From contig OW569356.1 in NCBI GenBank assembly GCA_937625935.1, positions 513,007 through 577,006 on the forward strand: a stretch of DNA of 64,000 bases, read 5' to 3'. The notes below the pieces were generated by a model. It worked only from the letters and a program-made list of their open reading frames with translations. It was not told the origin of the DNA and did not search any database. Position numbers and translations under genes: made by a program. How positions within the stretch are numbered: the first letter of the stretch is position 1; the number at the start of each line of letters is the position of its first letter. Source of the DNA: Tetramitus jugosus. Lineage: Eukaryota; Protista; Heterolobosea. Below, one piece after another: positions 56,979 through 64,000 of the stretch.

Positions 56979-58874
56979 ATGAGTGATGATTCAGTAGGTG
57001 TTGTGACACGGGTGGAGTCTTCTTTCACAGAAAGAACTCTGAATTATTGGAACACTCTCAAACGTTTCAACAATTGTTCAAACATGGATTTTGAGTATTC
57101 AGCGAGTTGGAGATTATGGCACAGTTTCAACCAAATGGAACAACTGGAAATGATAAAAGAATTTCAATCAGCCTTGAATTTGCTTCCAGAGAAACATTCT
57201 GACATTACTTATCTTCTGCATTATGGTATCTTCAGAAGAACGTATCAAGATCAAACGAATGATTTGCCTATTTTGAAAGAGCTTCTGCGCCAATTATCAC
57301 AAAAAGCTCTTAAATCGTATGGAATCGTGTCAGATAAGAACATATTGGTGCTACTTTTGGATATTGAAGCACAAACTTTGCTTCACATGAAAAGCTATAT
57401 TGAATCATTGAATAGCTATTCACAAATTCTCCTATTGGACAGACAAATTGCATGGGTCTACAACAACAGAGGCTTAATTTATTTGTGCAGAGGTCATGTA
57501 TACAATGAGCTCAGAGAATACAAGAAAGCAATTACTGACTTCACCAAAGCAATAGAAATGGATACCACTGATGAAGATGTCTTTTTTAACAGAGGTTGTG
57601 CATACCTTGATTTGAAAGAATACAAGAAAGCAATATCAGACTTCACCAAGACTATTAAAATCAATGCTGCTCATGAAAGTGCATACTTTAACAGAGGTTG
57701 TGCATACGATGCGCGAAAAGAATACAAGAAAACAATATCAGACTTCACCAAGGCAATCGAAATCAATCCTGCTCATGATGGTTTCTACTACGACAGAGGC
57801 AAGATATGGTTTAAGCTGAAAGAACATGAGAAGGCAATATCAGACTTCAACAAATCAATAGAAATCAATCCTGTTCATGAAAAAGCCTACAACGAAAAGG
57901 GTTATGTATACCTTGATTTGAAAGAATACAAGAATGCAATATTAGAGTTCACCAAAGCAATCGAAATCAATCCTGCCGATGAATGTGCCTACTATGATAG
58001 AGGTTGGGCATACAATGAGCTGAAAGAATACGAGAAAGCATTATCAGACTTCAACAAATCAATAGAAATCAATCCTGTTCATGAGAATGTCTACAATGAT
58101 AGAGGTTGCACTTATCTTGATTTGAACGAATATAAGAAAGCAATATCAGACTTCACCAAGGCAATCGAAATCAATCCTGATGATGAAAGTACATACCATA
58201 ACAGAGGTTGCACTTATCTTGATTTGAAAGAATACAAGAAAGCAATATCAGACTTCAGCAAGACTATTAAAATCAATGCTGCTCATGAAAATGCCTACTT
58301 TAACAGAGGTTGTGCATACAATGAGCTGAAAGAATACAAGAAAGCAATATACGACTTCAGCAAGACTATTAACATCAATGCTGCTCATGAAAGTGCCTAC
58401 TACAACAGAGGTTATGTATACAATGAGCTCAAACAGCATAAGAAAGCAATATCAGACTTCACCAAGGCAATCGAAATCAATCCTGCTCATGATGGTGTCT
58501 ACTATGATAGAGGTTGTGCATACAATGAGCTGAAAGAATACGAGAAAGCAATATCAGACTTCACCAAGACTATTAACATCAATGCTGCTCATGAAAGTGC
58601 CTACTACAACAGAGGTTATGTATACAGTGAGCTCAAACAGCATAAGAATGCAATATCAGACTTCAGCAAGACAATCGAAATCAATCCTGCCGATGAAAGT
58701 GCCTACTACAACAGAGCTTGCGCATACCTTGATTTGAAAGAATACAAGAAAGCAATATCAGACTTCAACAAAGCCATAGGAATCAATCCTGATCTCGAAG
58801 AAGACTGTATGAGGTATGTGAGGATAATGTGTCCCACTGATCAGTTTACAGCTCCCTTGGAGCGCTGTGAGTGA
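56979..58874 (+). CDS. TPR-array protein with ~13 tandem, highly similar 34-aa TPRs
   Basis: Consensus ExAYYNRGxAYxxLKEYKKAISDFxKxIEINPxx, repeated in an intronless ORF. Confidence 0.93.
   Translation: MSDDSVGVVTRVESSFTERTLNYWNTLKRFNNCSNMDFEYSASWRLWHSFNQMEQLEMIKEFQSALNLLPEKHSDITYLLHYGIFRRTYQDQTNDLPILKELLRQLSQKALKSYGIVSDKNILVLLLDIEAQTLLHMKSYIESLNSYSQILLLDRQIAWVYNNRGLIYLCRGHVYNELREYKKAITDFTKAIEMDTTDEDVFFNRGCAYLDLKEYKKAISDFTKTIKINAAHESAYFNRGCAYDARKEYKKTISDFTKAIEINPAHDGFYYDRGKIWFKLKEHEKAISDFNKSIEINPVHEKAYNEKGYVYLDLKEYKNAILEFTKAIEINPADECAYYDRGWAYNELKEYEKALSDFNKSIEINPVHENVYNDRGCTYLDLNEYKKAISDFTKAIEINPDDESTYHNRGCTYLDLKEYKKAISDFSKTIKINAAHENAYFNRGCAYNELKEYKKAIYDFSKTININAAHESAYYNRGYVYNELKQHKKAISDFTKAIEINPAHDGVYYDRGCAYNELKEYEKAISDFTKTININAAHESAYYNRGYVYSELKQHKNAISDFSKTIEINPADESAYYNRACAYLDLKEYKKAISDFNKAIGINPDLEEDCMRYVRIMCPTDQFTAPLERCE
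57471..58796 (+). repeat. 102-bp tandem repeat array (13 units, first one partial) encoding the TPRs
   Basis: AAAGCAATATCAGACTTCA and AATCAATCCTG recur at 102-nt spacing. Unit 2 starts at 57573 and unit 13 ends at 58796. Confidence 0.92.
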
Positions 58875-59878
58875 CACAGCTATTCTTCATAAAAACATTG
58901 AAACGAGGACAAAGATTTCCCTGCCAGCATACCACAAAACACAATTAAATGGTGGAATTCATCTTCAATTGCGTGGATACAAAGTGCGTCGTGTGCAATG
59001 CTCGTTTCAGACAACTGAAACTGCTGGGAGAGTATGATCTAGCTGTCATGAGACCCATCTTCATCTGCCTACCTCCTATGTACATCAAAAGTGTACTATT
59101 GGAACACATGTTGGTGTGATAAACCGTTGTCAGTACTCCAGTGGATCGTGGAGCTTCTTCATCCCATTTATCATCCCAATCATCATCACCACCATCATCA
59201 TCACCTGTTGATTTCAAACCTGTGAAACAAAAATCCAATATGAATCATGTGATTACTTGCGTCAAATGAGTAGGTAGTAAAACTGCTGCTTCAATGCATT
59301 ATTATAAGCTTGCTTAGAAATTGGAACACTTCCGATCAAATGACAGGAATAATATTATATGCTCACTATGAACTCTAAAAACCACCCCAAGTGGTTGTGG
59401 CATAGTGGATCACTGGGGACCACAAAATTCGATTTCTTCATCATCCTCAACTCACAATCCATTCTGATAGAAATGAAAACTGCGTCACAGATGATACAGC
59501 TCTATTCTTCCCAGAAGCGCGATTAAGTCGTGCAACTTGTGGGCTCTTAGATACTGTTTGTTTCAGAGTAATGGTGACAGATCAACAACAGTGGGTGCAT
59601 CGCGATGCAGGCAACAGAACGAATCAACAACGAGTTTTTCGCACAATACATGTATTTCATTGTACATGTGCAAGCCATTGAAAGAGATATTTTGGTTGAA
59701 ATGTACTTGTTGCTAAATAGATAGATTTCTCCCCAGAGTTGTTGCTGATCAATTACTGTTCCATCTTCAACCTGGTTTGATGGATGATAATCATCTGGGA
59801 TTCCATGGACCGCCACACGATCAACTTTGACAGTAGGGAGATCTAGAAGCGTTTGGGTTGCAACCTCGAGTGTTGTCA

Positions 59879-59896
59879 GGGTTTGGGTTTGGGTTT
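59879..59896 (+). repeat. Interstitial telomeric repeat (GGGTTT)3, same orientation as the terminal telomere
   Basis: Exact GGGTTTGGGTTTGGGTTT. Partial units also occur at 59851-59859 and 60050-60070 (GTTGGGTTTC twice). Confidence 0.8.
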
Positions 59897-60081
59897 TAAC
59901 GTATACACTAACCAAAAGTACGTCAAGGAGTGTATTCATGCGTTACAATACCTGTTTTTGTATTCCTCATATCTTGAAATGTTCAACTTAACATTATGGT
60001 TGTTTTTTGACTTGTGGTTGTGGAACTATAGACGAAACATGTGATTTCCGTTGGGTTTCAGTTGGGTTTCGCATATCTGGT

Positions 60082-60404
60082 GGCCCGTAAACGGGCCGCA
60101 TATGACTGCTTTTTTACTATGGCCCGTAATAAAGGTCGATTTTTATTGAGAGAGTTTACGGGCCACCTAAAAAATGCTTTTACTATGACACGTGAACGGG
60201 CCACCTATTCTATCTAGCCCGTTTACGGGCCGCCTATTTATCAACTTTTCTCTAGCCCGTTCACGGGCGACCGAGACTTGATTTTTTATGGGCAAACAGT
60301 TGATTACTATGGCCCGTTCACGGGCGGCCCAAAAATCATTTTTACTAAGGCACGTTTACGGGCCCTTCTAAAATTTCATTTCTACCTAGGCCCGTTTACG
60401 GGCC
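60082..60404. repeat. Array of ~9 spaced imperfect 16-bp palindromes, consensus GGCCCGT(TT/AA/TC)ACGGGCC
   Basis: Copies start at 60082, 60121 (left half), 60149 (right half), 60187, 60216, 60254, 60311, 60349 and 60389. Spacers are AT-rich and several end in TTACTAT or CTA. Confidence 0.9.
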
Positions 60405-60414
60405 GCAAGATCTG

Positions 60415-60627
60415 GTTACACTGGTGGACCATAGTCTGCAGTAGTGGAAGGTGAAATATGATTGAACTGACCTACCGAGAGGTAGAATTGAGGGCCCGAT
60501 CCGGGAGCAGGGACAGTCCCCGCAATGCAATGAGCTTATGCGGTGTAAATCCCCGTTCAATGATTCGAAGCCAACCACTACGCGAAGAAGATGGTTCCAA
60601 GCGCTAAGTTAACTTGGCACGTGTAAC
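60415..60627 (+). ncRNA. Candidate structured RNA (nested multi-helix fold) upstream of ORF1
   Basis: Nested pairings GTTACAC/GTGTAAC, GGACCAT/ATGGTTC, GC(A)GTAGTGG/CCACTACGC and ATTGAAC/GTTCAAT, plus a CTACC-GAGA-GGTAG GNRA hairpin. Folded by eye only. Confidence 0.6.
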
Positions 60628-60727
60628 GAGTAGCTGCACAAATAAACAAAGTTTTTCCTTTCGAATCTCGGAGTTTTGATCAAAAACAAACGCAAACAAA
60701 ACAAATCACAAGGTTATCAACTACATC

Positions 60728-61680
60728 ATGTCTACAACTACAGAAACTAACTCAATTTCTTTTATTGTTTCTAATGATATAGAGAGAAGTTACCAACGAC
60801 TGGTAATAAAATTAGTTCACTTGTTATCATCTCCAAAGTTGGTAACAACTTCTTCATCGGTGAAGATAAAGAAGGAGTGAAGGAGGTGAGCAAGGAGATT
60901 GAAGACTTGAAGAAAAAATTGGAGGAAGAGAAGACTTCCAATAGTAGCCTTACAAGCCAACTAAGAGATGCTTTATTGAATCTCAACAACAAGAAGCAAG
61001 AGATTGAGAAGCTCTCTGAACTGTGTGAAGAATTGGAAATTGAAATTCCACCAAGTGAGTCTGCAAAGAAGGCTTTGAATTGGCTGGAGAGATCTCTGGT
61101 CATTGTGGAGACTGAGGAAAGGCCTCCCCATTCTCAAGAAACGGTTGGTCAGATGGCCAAAATGAGTGATCAGGAGTTTGAACGACTCCGAAAACACGTG
61201 TCCATCGTTGCCTGCATGAGGTATGCGATTCGTAAGAGGGAGACCGGAGAGGAGGGGGCGAATCTTTTCCGAACCATTAAGGGTGCGGATCCGATCGGAT
61301 CGGAATTGAAGAGTTTCCTAAGAGAGATCCGAGTCGGAGAGTTCTTGGTCCATTTAACCCTTGTCTTCAATGAGAGAAGTTCAAATTTGGAGACCACTTC
61401 CATTTTAAGAAGTCCAAAATTGATGGTAGAAAGTATGACCGCATTAGAAGCCTTCCCGTATTGGGTCATGTCCCAACATAGTCCTTCTACAATTGATGAT
61501 AACATCAAGAAGGAATTGTTGTCTCAGGATAGAATGCCTTCCAGAATTAGACAACTCCTTATCAAGATGAGAGAAAATGGAGGCGATAATGCCACGTCTC
61601 CTTCCACCTCTACCTCTGGTGGTTCCAAGAGACGAAGCTCGTCCAGCGGTCCCAACAAAAAAAAGAGTAAAACCAACTAA
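60728..61680 (+). CDS. Element ORF1: coiled-coil, gag-position protein with basic C-terminus; apparent frameshift near 60780
   Basis: The ATG at 60728 opens a frame that closes early, while the long frame is open from ~60778 to TAA 61680. Removing 2 nt from AGAGAGAAG joins them. Heptad region KEIEDLKKKLEEEK...; NLS-like end SKRR...PNKKKSKTN. Confidence 0.6.
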
Positions 61681-61685
61681 TCTCA

Positions 61686-63149
61686 ATGACAATAGAAGAA
61701 GAGTACTCCAATCAGTTAGAAAGAATAAAAAAGTCTCCTTCTCATCCTTTTGTTTCTAATGGTCTAATCATTGTTGAAGACTCTTTCGAACCACAGGAGG
61801 TTGATGGTCCAACGATGGAAGACATTGACAAGGAGCTTTCAATGTTAGCAGGAAAAACAGGAATAAAGAAGGTGACGGATGACCTATCGTTTAATCCTAT
61901 CAAGAGAATGGAGAAAACAGGTGGAGGAGAAGATTTTTGCCGTCAAGTGACCGTCAACATCGATGAGAACCAATCAATTGAGGATCAAATGATTCAATTG
62001 ATGAATCTATTAGAGTTATCTAAAGCTCCTGGTACAAAACTGGTTCAAGCCTATGCCTGGAGGAGTTGGATTAGCTGGCTAAAGGAGCAAGAAAACAAGC
62101 ACTCAGAGTTGACAACAGTTGACCCTTACAACCCAAACAAGTTTGTAGTTGGATTATATCTCTTGCATATGCGAGTGATACACAAATACAGTCATAGTAC
62201 TGTCGTCAACTGCTTCTGGAATCAACTATGTTCTGTATTGAAGGAGGAAAGAGGAATCGACTTGAAGAAAGAGATGAAGGATTTTATACATAAACTCTTC
62301 CGAGCTTTGATACGAAAGTACGGGAACTCGAAATTTAAAGTGTGCCCATTGCTCAACAATGATTTAGAGAAATGGCAGAAAAAATTGCACAAGAGAGACA
62401 ACAGAGAACTACAAATTAAGTTGAGAGCTCTCATAATGTTTGGTAGACATGTTGGATGGAGAGGAGACACTCTTTCCTATATGAAATTGAGACACATCAC
62501 CTTTTCAAGTTTGAAAAACGATGAACATTTGTATTTAGTTGCCCAGAATGTGGGTTATAAGAACAAAGGTGTTGGAGGACATGAGTTAAGAAACACTGTA
62601 TACGGCAGTAGTGACTTGAATCGATGTCCAGTGTTTGCTCTTCTTTGGTACCTCTTTCACATCAGGAAGGTTTTTGTTTCACCAACGTTAGAGGAAGTGA
62701 TCAATTCAGGTGATTATAGATTAGTTGAAGGAGCACAAGACGAATTTTTATTCACCCAATCGACTAGTGAACAACCAATGACATCCAAAGATATGTCAAA
62801 CTTGATGAAAAAAAGTTCTGCAGAGGAATTGAAATGCAGATACACTATGAGATCATTACGAAGTGGACATATCTGTCAAGCACTCCTAACTAGCATCTTG
62901 AGATACGGTATCATTAAGGACAGTGTAAGACAGGCAATCAAGAGACATGTGGGTTGGAACTCAGATGAATCAATCGACGCGTATGAACGAATGTCAATCT
63001 TCTGTTCTCAAAATGTCGCCAACCTACAAGATCTTCAGCAACACACAGATGCACAAGAACTGGTCAAATATTTCTGGAAAATGGATCAACCACAACCAAA
63101 CAGTCTCACACCAATCAGAACCACAATGAGGCAAGTGCGAAGATCCTCG
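61686..63149 (+). CDS. Tyrosine recombinase (DIRS/Crypton/Cre-like catalytic domain); no stop codon, runs into the telomere
   Basis: Manually translated 488 open codons from ATG 61686. Motifs: [18 protein letters not shown] (R259), YKNK (K292/K294), [19 protein letters not shown] (R389-x-x-R392) and [13 protein letters not shown] (W424, Y433). Confidence 0.85.
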
Positions 63150-64000
63150 GGGTGTGGGTTGGGTTTGGGTTTGGGTTTGGGTTTGGGTTTGGGTTTGGGT
63201 TTGGGTTTGGGTTTGGGTTTGGGTTTGGGTTTGGGTTTGGGTTTGGGTTTGGGTTTGGGTTTGGGTTTGGGTTTGGGTTTGGGTTTGGGTTTGGGTTTGG
63301 GTTTGGGTTTGGGTTTGGGTTTGGGTTTGGGTTTGGGTTTGGGTTTGGGTTTGGGTTTGGGTTTGGGTTTGGGTTTGGGTTTGGGTTTGGGTTTGGGTTT
63401 GGGTTTGGGTTTGGGTTTGGGTTTGGGTTTGGGTTTGGGTTTGGGTTTGGGTTTGGGTTTGGGTTTGGGTTTGGGTTTGGGTTTGGGTTTGGGTTTGGGT
63501 TTGGGTTTGGGTTTGGGTTTGGGTTTGGGTTTGGGTTTGGGTTTGGGTTTGGGTTTGGGTTTGGGTTTGGGTTTGGGTTTGGGTTTGGGTTTGGGTTTGG
63601 GTTTGGGTTTGGGTTTGGGTTTGGGTTTGGGTTTGGGTTTGGGTTTGGGTTTGGGTTTGGGTTTGGGTTTGGGTTTGGGTTTGGGTTTGGGTTTGGGTTT
63701 GGGTTTGGGTTTGGGTTTGGGTTTGGGTTTGGGTTTGGGTTTGGGTTTGGGTTTGGGTTTGGGTTTGGGTTTGGGTTTGGGTTTGGGTTTGGGTTTGGGT
63801 TTGGGTTTGGGTTTGGGTTTGGGTTTGGGTTTGGGTTTGGGTTTGGGTTTGGGTTTGGGTTTGGGTTTGGGTTTGGGTTTGGGTTTGGGTTTGGGTTTGG
63901 GTTTGGGTTTGGGTTTGGGTTTGGGTTTGGGTTTGGGTTTGGGTTTGGGTTTGGGTTTGGGTTTGGGTTTGGGTTTGGGTTTGGTTTGGGTTTGGTTTGG
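63149..64000 (+). repeat. Telomere (GGGTTT)n, ~140 units, G-rich strand 5'->3' toward the end
   Basis: Variant junction GGGGTGTGGGTT, then perfect GGGTTT units from 63161. Two GGTTT variants occur in the last ~20 nt. Confidence 0.97.

Larger units (their letters stand above)
59897..63148 (+). mobile_element. Putative telomere-associated tyrosine-recombinase element, probably 3'-truncated by the telomere
   Basis: Bounded by telomeric repeats on both sides. Contains a palindrome array, a structured leader, a coiled-coil ORF1 and a YR ORF2 only 5 nt apart. The left boundary is inferred. Confidence 0.7.

Noticed and set aside
58945-59939. Minus-strand ORFs 58945-59238 and 59547-59939
   Set aside because: Short, with no domain signal. 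One crosses the telomeric seed (TQTQTL is just translated repeat).
60082-60404. CRISPR array interpretation of the spaced palindromes
   Set aside because: The repeats are only 16 bp and degenerate, the spacers are short (12-41 nt), uneven and partly similar to each other, there are no cas genes, and the context is eukaryotic.
60415-60627. Telomerase RNA, tRNA or a named ribozyme
   Set aside because: There is no CCCAAACCC-like template and no cloverleaf. There is only superficial word similarity to lariat-capping ribozymes, and I could not identify a P7 G-binding helix, so it is left unassigned.
62222-63129. ORF-track entries 62222-62470 (-) and 62947-63129 (+)
   Set aside because: They are shadow ORFs overlapping the real stop-less recombinase frame.
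61686-63149. Protelomerase / telomere resolvase
   Set aside because: The chromosome ends in telomerase-type simple repeats rather than a hairpin, and the CPV, SLRSG and GW...Y motifs fit DIRS/Crypton/Cre-like YRs better.

Overview
Right-hand end of a chromosome from a gene-dense microbial eukaryote. It uses the standard genetic code, has short GT-AG introns often with CTAAC-type branch points, and has many poly-N/Q/S/T tracts. The gene repertoire suggests a free-living amoeba or flagellate, possibly a heterolobosean, but that is inference only. Positions 1 to ~52.6 kb hold ~27 mostly housekeeping or signalling genes: Polo-like and Atg1 kinases, PIP5K, ArfGAP-PH-PH, a PAS adenylyl cyclase, MKP, USP, GST, a Zn2Cys6 TF, ALG6, GDPD, PLC-X, BTB-BACK, Pol III RPC2 and others. 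From ~52.6 kb the window is subtelomeric. It carries a bacterial-type AAA-ATPase/PD-(D/E)XK gene, an LRR remnant and a 13x102-bp TPR-array gene, then a ~3.3-kb unit ending in an ~850-bp (GGGTTT)n telomere. That terminal unit is the main finding. In order it contains a (GGGTTT)3 interstitial telomere seed, ~9 spaced GGCCCGTnnACGGGCC palindromes, and a ~210-nt segment that folds into four nested helices plus a GNRA hairpin. These are followed by a coiled-coil ORF1 and a 488-codon tyrosine recombinase ORF. The recombinase ORF is absent from the ORF track because it has no stop codon and reads directly into the telomere. It looks like a telomere-associated tyrosine-recombinase mobile element with a structured-RNA leader.
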